From contig JACQXK010000001.1 in NCBI GenBank assembly GCA_016208765.1, positions 64,218 to 128,217 on the forward strand: 64,000 nt of DNA, given 5' to 3'. Position 1 is the stretch's first letter. Each line of letters opens with the position of its first letter. The DNA is from Candidatus Omnitrophota bacterium (lineage in GTDB: Bacteria > Omnitrophota > Gorgyraeia > Gygaellales > Profunditerraquicolaceae). Below the pieces are notes generated by a model that searched no databases, was not told the origin of the DNA, and saw only the letters and a program-made list of their open reading frames with translations. The position numbers were made by a program, and so were the translations under genes. Shown one piece after another: positions 28,359 through 38,190 of the stretch.

Positions 28359-28772
28359 ATGGACAGAAAAAAACACGTTACGTTTAAGATCCTTGTAGCT
28401 TTGGCAGGAACCGACCTCTTAGAAACATTTGCGCAATTTTGTTTTAAGAAAAGCGCCCTCTCATTAGAGTTTCTAAAAATTAATTCTTTTGGTGCAGGGT
28501 TTGAATTTATCGGAATGCTTATCCGTTCGCCTTTTTTATGGCTGGGCTTGTCTTCAGTCTTTGTTATATTCGTCCTTTGGTGTGCAATCCTTTCAAAGAT
28601 TGATTTATCTGTTGCTGTTCCGGTGGCCAGTATTAGTTACATTACCATTCCGCTTGTTTCTGTAATATTTTTGGGTGAGAAAATATCTCTTATGCAGTGG
28701 TCAGGGATATCATTTATATTGTTTGGAATAATTCTTGTGTCACTTAGCACTAAAACAAGCCAGGAGACATAA
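28359..28772 (+). CDS. EamA/SMR-like small membrane protein (ArnE/ArnF-like)
   Basis: LSKIDLSVAVP..S.SY, FLGEKIS...W.G. Confidence 0.8.
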   Translation: MDRKKHVTFKILVALAGTDLLETFAQFCFKKSALSLEFLKINSFGAGFEFIGMLIRSPFLWLGLSSVFVIFVLWCAILSKIDLSVAVPVASISYITIPLVSVIFLGEKISLMQWSGISFILFGIILVSLSTKTSQET

Positions 28773-29158
28773 TGGTGCGTGGATTTTTCTTCATTTTAAG
28801 CTTAATATTTTTAACTGACCTTATTGATACAGTAGGCCAGTTGATTCTCAAAAGGTCAATTAACAGTTTGGATTTTCATATTGATAGTTTTTCAAAAGCC
28901 TTTAAGTTAGTTGTTCAATTATTAAGAATTCCCCGCGTATGGTTTGGTTTTTTATTAAGCGGAGTTTCGCTGGTCATCTGGCTTTTTGTTTTAACAAAGG
29001 CAGAGTTAGGGTTTGCCTTTTCTTTAGATAGCATGCGTTATATTCTTATTGCGATAGCTTCGGCAATTTTTCTTAAAGAAAAAATCGTTCCTATCCGTTG
29101 GCTGGGTATATTTTGTGTAATCTTAGGGATTGTTCTGGTTGCTGCAGGGCAACATTAA
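28772..29158 (+). CDS. EamA/SMR-like small membrane protein, partner subunit
   Basis: GQLILK, IWLFVLTKAEL.FA, FLKEKI...RW.G; TAATG coupling. Confidence 0.8.
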   Translation: MVRGFFFILSLIFLTDLIDTVGQLILKRSINSLDFHIDSFSKAFKLVVQLLRIPRVWFGFLLSGVSLVIWLFVLTKAELGFAFSLDSMRYILIAIASAIFLKEKIVPIRWLGIFCVILGIVLVAAGQH

Positions 29159-29164
29159 TCAGTC

Positions 29165-30304
29165 GTGGAAATACATCCAAATCTAACCGTTAAAATAACA
29201 AAGGCAATTAAAGATATTCCAATTCAGGATTGGGATAGGGCTTTTTTGCCGGTACTGGAAAACTATCATTTCTTTAAAGCTTTGGACGAGTCAAATTTTG
29301 AACAGTTTTCGTTTTTTTATATAATTGTTTATAAGGATGGCGTGCCTGTTGGGGCAACAAGTTGTTTTACTATGCGTTTTTCGCTTGATATGACGGTGAA
29401 CGGGTTTTTAAGGCATGTTTTTAGTGCAGTAAAAAAGATTGTGCCGAATATTCTAAGCCCAAAAGTGTTGATATGCGGTTTGCCCATGGGGCAAGGCCGT
29501 ATAGGGATTACAGATGATACCTTGCCTGTAATGGATGTAATTCGGAATTCGGTAGAGCAACTGGCGCAGGAAGAAAAAGCGGCAATGGTTATTTTTAAAG
29601 ATTTCATCAGTGTCTATGATAATTTATTTAAGCCGTTCTTAAAAATCGGATATTTTAAAATTGAGAGCATTCCTTCAACAGAAATGCAGATTAACTTCAC
29701 AAGCTTTGAAGAATACCTTAAAGCCTTGAGCCGGGCTTCGCGGGAAGGCTTAAAAAGAAATCTTAAAAAGACTGACAACCTGGTGAAGGTGGATTTTCAG
29801 GTTAAAGATAAATTAGATGAAGAAGAACTATCGCAGGTTCATGAGCTTTATTTGCAGACGTATAGAAAACAAGATATCGGATTAGAAAAACTGCCTATTG
29901 AATTCTTCAGGAGCATGTCAAGAAATATGCCAAATGAGGTTAAATATTTTCTGTGGAAAATTGACTCTAAAATTGCAGCATTTGCCTTTTGTTTGTTCAA
30001 AGGAGATTATTTTATAGACTATTATCTTGGTTTTGATTACACAATATCGCATAAGTACAATCTTTACATTGTGCGTTTTCGCGATCTGTTAAAATGGTGC
30101 ATAGAGCACGGAATTAAGAAATATGAGATGGGAGTTACCAGCTACGAGGCAAAGAGGCGCTTAGGATTCAGCTTTATTCGCCTTTATTTTTATATGAAGC
30201 ATCGTAATCCAATTATTAATAAATGTGTTCCTTTGTTGAAATTCTTTTTTGCTCCTGAATATTTTGATCCTGTTTTTAAAGAAATGCATGCAGATGTGAA
30301 ATAA
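29165..30304 (+). CDS. Double-GNAT (FemAB-like) acyltransferase
   Basis: F.SFEEYL..L....R, YYLGFDY, YEMG...YEAKRRLG. Confidence 0.75.
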   Translation: MEIHPNLTVKITKAIKDIPIQDWDRAFLPVLENYHFFKALDESNFEQFSFFYIIVYKDGVPVGATSCFTMRFSLDMTVNGFLRHVFSAVKKIVPNILSPKVLICGLPMGQGRIGITDDTLPVMDVIRNSVEQLAQEEKAAMVIFKDFISVYDNLFKPFLKIGYFKIESIPSTEMQINFTSFEEYLKALSRASREGLKRNLKKTDNLVKVDFQVKDKLDEEELSQVHELYLQTYRKQDIGLEKLPIEFFRSMSRNMPNEVKYFLWKIDSKIAAFAFCLFKGDYFIDYYLGFDYTISHKYNLYIVRFRDLLKWCIEHGIKKYEMGVTSYEAKRRLGFSFIRLYFYMKHRNPIINKCVPLLKFFFAPEYFDPVFKEMHADVK

Positions 30305-30319
30305 AAGGAGGGTATCGGT

Positions 30320-31147
30320 ATGAGAAAAATATATTTTTTATTATCATTAGTAATAATGCTATCTGGCTGTGCTACAAAAATGGCTTATCTGAATTCGAAA
30401 AAGCCGCCTGAAGTGGTAAAAAAAGATAAAGATGATTGTCAGACGGTAGTTGATGCTTCTGATTTTAAAGATGCCGGTTTAAAGCAAAAGAAATTCAATC
30501 AGTGCATGAAGGATAAAGGGTATAATGTTGTTTCCGAAGATAAAGCGGAAAAGATCCAGGGGTTTAAACAGCTTTGGATAAATCAGGGGGTTGATTTTAA
30601 GGTTTACGAAGCAATTTTTATTGACAAAGTGGATTTAGAGCAGGTAAAAGTTAATAATCTGCATATTCCCGGTACCAAAGTAACTGATGAGGATATAAAT
30701 AATCTGGGTGAAGAAATGTTAAAGCGTTTTTCCAAGGCATTAAGCGTTGTGATGCCGGTTATCTCTGACATTGAAGAAGCCGCAGGAAAAAAAATTCTTT
30801 ATATCAGTTTAAAACTGAATAATATTTCTCAAACTAATGTTTGTGTTAATGCAGCGTTAGGAGTAGCAGGGCATTTCTCGCCTGTGCCTTTGCCCGGAGG
30901 CCCGGAAGGCACATTTTCTTTTGATGGAACGGTAACTGATTATTCCAGTAAAGAAAAATTGATCACTATTTCAGATGAGTGCAAAGAAAACAAAAATGCT
31001 TCTCTGGCAGGGTTGGAGAGTTTTGAGAAATGGAAGCATGCTTATAATATCATGGATTATTGGGCAGATCATTTGGCGGCATTGCTTGCCAAAGAACGCG
31101 GACAGAAATATAAATCACAGCTTGGAATTAAATTAATTGATTTTTAA
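30320..31147 (+). CDS. Lipoprotein of unknown function
   Basis: Lipobox LSGC; CMKDKGY motif. Confidence 0.7.
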   Translation: MRKIYFLLSLVIMLSGCATKMAYLNSKKPPEVVKKDKDDCQTVVDASDFKDAGLKQKKFNQCMKDKGYNVVSEDKAEKIQGFKQLWINQGVDFKVYEAIFIDKVDLEQVKVNNLHIPGTKVTDEDINNLGEEMLKRFSKALSVVMPVISDIEEAAGKKILYISLKLNNISQTNVCVNAALGVAGHFSPVPLPGGPEGTFSFDGTVTDYSSKEKLITISDECKENKNASLAGLESFEKWKHAYNIMDYWADHLAALLAKERGQKYKSQLGIKLIDF

Positions 31148-31186
31148 TAAAGAGCTTTACTATTCGTTGTTAATATTAGTATCGGA

Positions 31187-32089
31187 GTGATTTCTATGGA
31201 TAGGGAGTTAATGAATTTAGGCCTTAATGCTTGTTCACGAGGTATGTGTGAAGAAGACAGGGTTTGGTCACGTTATAGCCATGATAAGGTTGATATTGGA
31301 GAAGAGCTTGCTAAAGTAATAAGAACACTGAATAAGGGGCTTTCGCTTTCTGAGCCTATTCGTGCGTTGTCAATTGGCTCAAGTATCGAGCCGCAGTTTC
31401 GCATACTTGAGACTGCTTGTAGAGGAGGACTGTATCTTCTGGATATAGATAAAGCTGCTCTGGGAGTTGTTAAAGAGCGTATTAAACGCCAGTGTACAAG
31501 TTACGTGTCAGCTATTCATGGAGATTATAATAGAATATTGTTAAATACCAGCCATGCAAGAGCGTTTTTGAAAAAATATCTTGGTGGGGAGAAGGTCCGG
31601 CTTATAACTTTGCATCATTCGCTTTACTATTCTAAGGAATCAGACTGGATGCAGATATTTAATAATCTTTATAATAATATTTTGCAGCAAGAAAGCGCGA
31701 TTCATACTGTGCTTATGGCGTCTGAAACAAATAATGAATACACTACTACTTGGCTTTATAACCATTTCGCAGGTAAATTCTTCAACTGTTATAATGACCA
31801 AAATTTGCGCGAGTTTGGCCGTAAACTAAAAAGAAACTCTTTGTTTAAAAAGGCTCAAGTTCTTGTAGATACTCATTCTGTCAGGTTTTTTGTAAGCGAC
31901 TTTTCTAAATTTATGTCTGTAGTCTGGATGATACTTTTGTATCCGAATGTCCACAAATATGCCCTTGCCCAAAGAGAAGAAATTACCGAGTATGTGTATA
32001 ATAAATTTTGGCTTAAAAAGAAACCTTTAATACAAATGCAGGATCATCTTGTAATTTATAATGGTATTCGTTTTAAAGGGCTTATATAA
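31187..32089 (+). CDS. Class I SAM-dependent methyltransferase-like protein
   Basis: ALSIGSS, LLDID, IHGD, HHSLYY. Confidence 0.55.
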   Translation: MISMDRELMNLGLNACSRGMCEEDRVWSRYSHDKVDIGEELAKVIRTLNKGLSLSEPIRALSIGSSIEPQFRILETACRGGLYLLDIDKAALGVVKERIKRQCTSYVSAIHGDYNRILLNTSHARAFLKKYLGGEKVRLITLHHSLYYSKESDWMQIFNNLYNNILQQESAIHTVLMASETNNEYTTTWLYNHFAGKFFNCYNDQNLREFGRKLKRNSLFKKAQVLVDTHSVRFFVSDFSKFMSVVWMILLYPNVHKYALAQREEITEYVYNKFWLKKKPLIQMQDHLVIYNGIRFKGLI

Positions 32090-32112
32090 AATAGTTCAAA
32101 AATCATCTATCC

Positions 32113-32379
32113 ATGCCTTGGCACGTATATATAGTTGAATGTAACGATAGCAGGTTGTATACGGGAATTACTAATAATCTTGACCGAAGGATTAAGGCCC
32201 ACAACAGCGGCAAGGGCTGCAATTTTACAAAATATCGCACGCCAGTAAAATTAGTTTATAGCGAGGATGTCTTAAGCCGGTCGCAGGCTCTAAAAAGGGA
32301 AGCGCGAATTAAGCAGTTGCCAAGAGAAAAGAAATTGGCATTAATTGATAATGGCCATTGTGTTGAAAAGAAAAAATAA
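32113..32379 (+). CDS. GIY-YIG nuclease family protein (YhbQ/UPF0213-like)
   Basis: WHVYIVEC.D..LYTGIT.NL.RR...HN.GKG, ALKRE..IK. Confidence 0.92.
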   Translation: MPWHVYIVECNDSRLYTGITNNLDRRIKAHNSGKGCNFTKYRTPVKLVYSEDVLSRSQALKREARIKQLPREKKLALIDNGHCVEKKK

Positions 32380-32385
32380 TAAACA

Positions 32386-32476
32386 TTGAAAAATAATATT
32401 ATTGTGATATACTTAATTCAGTAAAAGTTTAGAAGTCTTAGCCGCGAGGACAGGATAACTGACCTTGCGGTTTTTT
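32386..32476 (+). promoter_or_regulatory. Promoter plus conserved leader/attenuator motif, copy 1 (before csp)
   Basis: TTGAAA-16-TATACT with TGn; TTAGAAGTCTTA GCCGCGAGG acaggataactga CCTTGCGGT TTTTT. Confidence 0.75.
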
Positions 32477-32671
32477 GTTGCCGCAGATAGCGGCACAACA
32501 ATCCTTTTTATTGGATTGGGTGTTGAGTCATTGTTTGTCCCGCTAGGAATCCAAAAATTCTAAGCAGGCACCCCGTCTTAAAGGATAGACGGGCGTGTCC
32601 TTTTTGGACAAGTGAAGATAATGCGGATTTCTAGAAATTTACTAAATTTAGAGAAAAGGAGGTAACAAACA

Positions 32672-32872
32672 ATGGCAAGAGGAACAGTAAAGTGGTTTAG
32701 TGATCAGAAAGGTTATGGATTCATCACACCGGAAAACGGAAAAGATGTTTTTGTGCATCATTCCATGATTCAGGGTGAAGGCTATAAGTCTTTAGCTGAA
32801 GGCGCCCAGGTTGAGTTTGATATTGAACAGGGCCCTAAAGGCGAACAGGCTACAAATGTAGTCAAACTTTAA
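32672..32872 (+). CDS. cspA: Cold-shock protein
   Basis: GTVKWF..QKGYGFI, DVFVH.S.I, GPKG.QA.NV. Confidence 0.96.
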   Translation: MARGTVKWFSDQKGYGFITPENGKDVFVHHSMIQGEGYKSLAEGAQVEFDIEQGPKGEQATNVVKL

Positions 32873-32889
32873 TCAATAACTAAAAAAAT

Positions 32890-32928
32890 AGAGCCCGGCA
32901 TCTTTTTTAGATCCGGGCTCTTACTTTT
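32890..32928 (+). terminator. Intrinsic terminator
   Basis: AGAGCCCGG/CCGGGCTCT with a T-rich tail. Confidence 0.75.
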
Positions 32929-33039
32929 CGCAGAAAGCGAACACCCGCCAATCCGCCCAGAAGGGCGCACTTGGCAACCTTTTTTGCCAAGGTGCGATAT
33001 GGAGAGGTGTATTATATCAGAAGTAGAGATAACTAATCT

Positions 33040-34932
33040 ATGGCATTAATAAGCATACAAGAAGCTACTCTTAAATTCAGCGGCCCGCTTATCTTTGATC
33101 AGCTTGATCTGCAGTTGGAGCCTGGGGAGCGTGTTGCCTTGCTTGGCCGAAACGGAGCAGGGAAAACTACTCTCATGAAAGTTATGGCTGGCCAGCTCGA
33201 GCTTGATGAGGGAAGGATTATCTTTCAAAAAGGAATTCAGGTTACGCATCTTCCTCAGGAAGTGCCTGTTGATGTGGAAGGGAGTGTTTTTGATATTGTT
33301 CTTTCCGGTTTAGGAGAACGCGCTAATCTTTTAAGCAAATACCATCAGTTAACCCATCGACTTCATACAGAACACACCTCTGAATTACTAAAACAACTTG
33401 ATGAACTGCAGGGTGAATTAGATCACACTAACAGCTGGGACGTGAATAGTCAGGTTGAAGATGTTATTGAGCGGATGAAGCTTGATGGGGAAATGGATTT
33501 CAAGAGCCTTTCCGGAGGGCAGAAACGCAGGGTGTTTTTAGCCAGGGCTCTTGTTTTAAAACCCGAGGTTTTGCTTCTTGATGAACCTACTAATCATCTG
33601 GATATTGATTCAATTAATTGGCTGGAGGGATTTCTTTCTAACTACCCGGGAACAATTTTCTTTGTTACGCATGATCGGATGTTTATGACGCATTTAGCGA
33701 CCAGGATCGTAGAGCTTGACCGCGGGAAGATTTATAGCTGGGCCTGTGATTACAATACTTTTCTTGAACGTAAGCAAGCAGCGCTGGATATTGAAGAATC
33801 ATCGTGGAATCATTTTGATAAAAAATTAGCTGAAGAAGAAGTATGGATCCGTCAGGGGATTAAGGCCAGGAGATGTCGTAATGAGGGCCGAGTCAAGGCT
33901 TTGGAACGATTAAGAGAAATTAAGAAAACTCAGCGTAAGCAGGAAGGTAAAGTGCGCATGCTCGCGCAAAAATCAGTTATTTCCGGCCATAGAGTGATTA
34001 AGGTTAGTGAGTTGGATTTTAGTTACGCTGATAAGTGTTTGATTAGGGATTTTTCTACTCAAATCATGCGTCAGGATAAAATCGGAGTGATTGGCCCTAA
34101 CGGCAGCGGTAAGACTACGTTGCTGCGTATTTTATTAGGGAAACTTAGTCCTCAAGCAGGTAAGGTTTCCTTGGGAACCAACTTAGAGATTGCTTATTAC
34201 GATCAGCTGCGTGAGCAGTTAGATGAAGAAAAAACAGTTGCCGAGAATATTAACGGTGAAAGTGAGTTTATAATCATTAACGGCAAGCCTAAACATATTT
34301 TGGGATATTTGCATGATTTTCTTTTTGCTCCTGACCGGTCCCGTACGAAGGTAAAAGTTCTTTCCGGAGGAGAACGAAACCGCCTATTTTTGGCAAAGTT
34401 ATTTTCTAAGCCTTCTAATGTGCTGGTGATGGATGAACCAACTAATGATTTAGATATTGAAACTTTGGAGCTTCTTGAGGAATTGCTTCTTGAGTATCCT
34501 GGAACGCTACTTTTAGTAAGCCACGACCGGGCATTCTTAAATAATGTGGTTACTTCCACTATTGTTTTGGAAGGTGACGGTATTATCAATGAATATCCTG
34601 GAGGTTATGATGATTGGTTAAGCCAGCGTCAGTTAATATCAAAACCTGAGCCGCCAAAGAATAAAGCTAAGGTAGATCATGTAAAAATAAAAAAACCTAT
34701 TATTCAGCGCAAGCTTACTTATAAAGAACAGCAGGAGTTAGACAACTTTCCTTTAAAAATTGAAGAATTGGAAGAAGAGCAGAAAAATCTCTATAGTTTG
34801 TTTGCGGACATTTCTTTTTACCAACGGGATCCCGCGGAAATCAGCCAAGCTAAAGACAGGTCTGCGTCTTTGTCTGAGCAGCTCCAAAAGGCATATGAGC
34901 GATGGGATTATTTGGCAGAATTAGCAGAATGA
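33040..34932 (+). CDS. uup: ABC-F ATPase, Uup type
   Basis: Two ABC domains, EEVWIRQGIKARR.RNEGRV linker, C-terminal KLTYKEQ.EL coiled coil. Confidence 0.9.
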   Translation: MALISIQEATLKFSGPLIFDQLDLQLEPGERVALLGRNGAGKTTLMKVMAGQLELDEGRIIFQKGIQVTHLPQEVPVDVEGSVFDIVLSGLGERANLLSKYHQLTHRLHTEHTSELLKQLDELQGELDHTNSWDVNSQVEDVIERMKLDGEMDFKSLSGGQKRRVFLARALVLKPEVLLLDEPTNHLDIDSINWLEGFLSNYPGTIFFVTHDRMFMTHLATRIVELDRGKIYSWACDYNTFLERKQAALDIEESSWNHFDKKLAEEEVWIRQGIKARRCRNEGRVKALERLREIKKTQRKQEGKVRMLAQKSVISGHRVIKVSELDFSYADKCLIRDFSTQIMRQDKIGVIGPNGSGKTTLLRILLGKLSPQAGKVSLGTNLEIAYYDQLREQLDEEKTVAENINGESEFIIINGKPKHILGYLHDFLFAPDRSRTKVKVLSGGERNRLFLAKLFSKPSNVLVMDEPTNDLDIETLELLEELLLEYPGTLLLVSHDRAFLNNVVTSTIVLEGDGIINEYPGGYDDWLSQRQLISKPEPPKNKAKVDHVKIKKPIIQRKLTYKEQQELDNFPLKIEELEEEQKNLYSLFADISFYQRDPAEISQAKDRSASLSEQLQKAYERWDYLAELAE

Positions 34933-34948
34933 TGTCAAAAAGGAGGGC

Positions 34949-35107
34949 ATGTTGACAAGGGATAATTATTCATATAAAAAATATCAGAAAGAATTGGCAA
35001 AGAAAAAGAAGATGGAAGAAAAGAAACAAAGAAAGTTGGAGAAAAAAGCAGCCGAGGCTGCGCCTGAGCCTGAACAGGTTTCTAATGACCAGGTTATTTT
35101 AGAGTAA
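34949..35107 (+). CDS. Small Lys/Glu-rich protein (52 aa)
   Basis: AGGAGG RBS; MLTRDNYSYKKYQKELAKKKKMEEKKQRK... Confidence 0.65.
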   Translation: MLTRDNYSYKKYQKELAKKKKMEEKKQRKLEKKAAEAAPEPEQVSNDQVILE

Positions 35108-35229
35108 AGAAACACTTGAAGTCTTTTTTAAAAGCATTATAATTACAAATTGAGGTAAATAATTAGCAGAAGCGGCATTTGGCGCTAAACGGATTTGCGC
35201 CGTGTTGTGTCTGCACACAAGGAGGAAGC

Positions 35230-35394
35230 ATGGGGTATCAAGGTGGTGGTGGTGGATTTGGCGGGCCAAGGGAGATGCATAAGGCGGTTTGTTCTGAATG
35301 TAAAAAAGAGTGTGAGGTACCGTTTAAGCCCAGAGATGACCGTCCGATTTATTGCAAAGATTGTTATTCAAAGAGAAAAAACGAAGGACGTTAA
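35230..35394 (+). CDS. CxxC-x17-CxxC zinc-ribbon protein
   Basis: GPREMHKAVCSECKKECEVPFKP...RPIYCKDCY; ATG after AAGGAGG. Confidence 0.9.
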   Translation: MGYQGGGGGFGGPREMHKAVCSECKKECEVPFKPRDDRPIYCKDCYSKRKNEGR

Positions 35395-35408
35395 AAGTAA
35401 AGACGAGG

Positions 35409-35448
35409 AGAGGGGTTTCTGTTGCTGAAACTGAGAGGCCCCTTTTTT
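35409..35448 (+). terminator. Intrinsic terminator
   Basis: AGAGGGGTTTCT/AGAGGCCCCTTT with a T run. Confidence 0.6.
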
Positions 35449-35594
35449 CTTTCTCTCAAGCTTCATCTATCTGAAACTCTCCTCAGTATTTCTGCTTTTT
35501 AGCCCATGCCTTGGGCTGTTTACTTTATACCTTCTAATGAAACAAGTTTTACATTGGCGTCATTAAAATCTCTGGCTTATAAAAAGGATTAATT

Positions 35595-35954
35595 ATGAAA
35601 AAGATTGATTGCGTAAAATGCAAACAGCAGGATTCCTGTTGTGATTTTGGCGCATGGGTGGATTTAGAAGAAGCGAAGAAAATATTGCTTCTTGGTCTTA
35701 AGGGGGACTTTTATCATCTTGAAAGGGATAAGGATTTTCCTTCAGGCTATAGAGTCGGAACGAGCTACGAAGATAACGGCTGTTCTTTCCTTACCCCTGA
35801 AGGACTCTGTGCAATTCATAAGGTTGATTATAGTTTGAAGCCGGCCCACTGCAAAGAATTTCCCTATGAAGATAAGAAATTATCTCCGCTTGCAAGCGTG
35901 TTGTGCCCGGTGCTTAAATCAAAAAGAAAAACAAAAAAGTCCAAGAAAAGTTGA
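35595..35954 (+). CDS. YkgJ-like cysteine-cluster protein
   Basis: C..C....CC, CSFL...GLC.IH, KP.HCKEFP. Confidence 0.8.
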   Translation: MKKIDCVKCKQQDSCCDFGAWVDLEEAKKILLLGLKGDFYHLERDKDFPSGYRVGTSYEDNGCSFLTPEGLCAIHKVDYSLKPAHCKEFPYEDKKLSPLASVLCPVLKSKRKTKKSKKS

Positions 35955-35976
35955 TACTTTTCGTATAAACAGGTAT

Positions 35977-37017
35977 ATGGAGAAAAGATCAATAGTTAAA
36001 ACTAAAATAATCTGCACTTTAGGTCCTGCATCATCAAGCGAAAAAGTATTAAGAAACATGATCCGGGCAGGTATGGATGTTGCCCGCCTGAATTTTTCCC
36101 ACGGTAAACCGCAAGAATTATTTAAAAAAATAAAACTTATCAGGTCGCTGAATTTAAAATACCATCGGAGCATTAAGCTTCTTGGGGATCTGCAGGGACA
36201 TCGTATAAGAGTAGGTGACCTTACGGCTCCTGTTTTACTCAAGAAAAATCAGATATTCTGGCTTACCCAGAAAAAGATAAAAGATGTGTATGAAAATATC
36301 CCTTTTGATTATCAAGGAGCGTTAAGCAGCATTAAGAACGGCCATCAAATATTTATAGATGATGGAAACATCGCATTAGAAGTAATTGGCAGGGTTAAAT
36401 ACAGGCTTAAAGTTAAAGTTGTCGTTGGCGGTTTATTAAAGGAGCATAAGGGTATAAATATCCCGGAGGCAAGGCTTGAATTTGGCGACATAAATCAGAA
36501 GGATATACAGGATATATCTTTCTGTGAAAAACACAATGTTGAATACCTTGCTCAGTCATTTGTACGCACCAAGAACGACATTTTGGATGTAAGAAAACTG
36601 CTTAAGCCAAGTTCGCGGTGCAGGGTTATCGCTAAAATAGAAAATAGAGAAGGCATAAAGAATATTGATGAAATCATTAATGTGTCAGACGGTATTATGA
36701 TAGCGCGCGGGGATATGGGGGTATCACTGCCAATTTATGAAATTCCCGTTATTCAGAAAATGATAATAAGAAAATGTAACCGCGCAGGAAAATTTGTTAT
36801 TACCGCCACACAGATGCTTGAAAGCATGACTGAAAATCTCCGGCCTACGCGCGCGGAGGTGACAGATGTGGCAAATGCCATAATTGACGGAACTGATTTT
36901 GTTATGCTCTCGGCAGAATCTGCTGTGGGAAAATACCCGGTTGAAACGGTTGCCATGATGAATAATATAATCAAATTTACAGAGAGCAGTTTCAGGAAAA
37001 GCGGCAGCTATTTTTAA
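35977..37017 (+). CDS. pyk: Pyruvate kinase (barrel and B domain only)
   Basis: [61 protein letters not shown]. Confidence 0.93.
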   Translation: MEKRSIVKTKIICTLGPASSSEKVLRNMIRAGMDVARLNFSHGKPQELFKKIKLIRSLNLKYHRSIKLLGDLQGHRIRVGDLTAPVLLKKNQIFWLTQKKIKDVYENIPFDYQGALSSIKNGHQIFIDDGNIALEVIGRVKYRLKVKVVVGGLLKEHKGINIPEARLEFGDINQKDIQDISFCEKHNVEYLAQSFVRTKNDILDVRKLLKPSSRCRVIAKIENREGIKNIDEIINVSDGIMIARGDMGVSLPIYEIPVIQKMIIRKCNRAGKFVITATQMLESMTENLRPTRAEVTDVANAIIDGTDFVMLSAESAVGKYPVETVAMMNNIIKFTESSFRKSGSYF

Positions 37018-37049
37018 GATAATAAACAGAATAATTCATGGAGGTGCTT

Positions 37050-37532
37050 ATGCAGGTCATGGTAATGTATTATTCGCGGTCGGGAAATACTGAGAAATTA
37101 GCACATGAAATAGCAAAGGGTGTAAGTGAGATAAAAGATGTTACTTGTCTTGTGAAATCTGCACAGGATGTCTCAAAAGATGATTTTCTAAATTCAGACG
37201 GTATTATTGCCGGTTCTCCGGTTTATTTTGGCACTATGAGTTCAGGGCTTAAGGAAGTTTTTGATAAGTTTGTTGGTTTGCGCCAGAAGATGGGTGATAA
37301 GATAGGCGCTGCATTTGCGACTTCAGGAGATATTTCAGGCGGCAAAGAGACTACTCTTATTTCTATAATTCAGGCAATGCTTATTTATGGTATGATCATT
37401 GTTGGAGACCCTCTTGAAGCTACCGGGCATTATGGCACGTCTTGTGCCGGTTCTCCCGATGTTCAAGTATCTAAAAATGCAATTAAACTGGGCAGGCGGG
37501 TAGCGAGCCTTGTTAAAAAGCTTAAGAGTTAG
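37050..37532 (+). CDS. Flavodoxin / WrbA-like protein
   Basis: YYSRSGNTEKLA, GSPVYFG, GGKETT. Confidence 0.88.
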   Translation: MQVMVMYYSRSGNTEKLAHEIAKGVSEIKDVTCLVKSAQDVSKDDFLNSDGIIAGSPVYFGTMSSGLKEVFDKFVGLRQKMGDKIGAAFATSGDISGGKETTLISIIQAMLIYGMIIVGDPLEATGHYGTSCAGSPDVQVSKNAIKLGRRVASLVKKLKS

Positions 37533-37563
37533 CGCTAAATTTTGTAAAACGAAAGGAACTGTT

Positions 37564-38112
37564 ATGTCTGGAGTATTTTTAAAAAATAAAAAAGCAGCAA
37601 TAGTTGTTGCTTTCCGGGATTTTCGCGATGCGGAATATTTTACTCCGAGAGAAATCATGGAGAAAGCAGGGGTTAGTGTTAAAACTGCTTCTAACAAAAT
37701 TGGCAGGGCTATTGGTGCTGACGGAGGTGAAGTTGAGATTGAGCTTTTATTGGAGAATTTAAACCCTGCTGATTTTGATGTTGTTGTATTTATCGGCGGT
37801 CCAGGGTGCCTGGAAAACCTTGATAATGAAAAATCATATAAGATTGTCAGGGGCGTAATTTCTGAAAACAAGATTTTAGCTTCAATTTGCATTAGTCCTG
37901 TTATTTTAGCTAAAGCGGGAGTTTTAAAAGGAAAGAAGGCTGTTGTTTGGAGCTCTGTATTAGACAAGAGCCCGGTTAAAATATTAAAAGAAAACGGGGC
38001 GCTCTATGAATCAAGGCCGGTGGTTCGTGACGGTAAAATTATAACTGCTGCTGGCCCGGTTGCTGCCAAAGAATTTGGGCAGGAAATTTTAGAAATACTG
38101 GCAGAAGAATAA
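37564..38112 (+). CDS. DJ-1/PfpI family protein
   Basis: FRDAEY, FIGGPG, ASICISP..LAKAG, DGKIITA.GP. Confidence 0.92.
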   Translation: MSGVFLKNKKAAIVVAFRDFRDAEYFTPREIMEKAGVSVKTASNKIGRAIGADGGEVEIELLLENLNPADFDVVVFIGGPGCLENLDNEKSYKIVRGVISENKILASICISPVILAKAGVLKGKKAVVWSSVLDKSPVKILKENGALYESRPVVRDGKIITAAGPVAAKEFGQEILEILAEE

Positions 38113-38190
38113 TGCTATGAATTAATTTTATATAAATATAAAGGTGTTATTCTAAAAATACAAGTAGAATTCTGTTTAGATAGAAAAATT

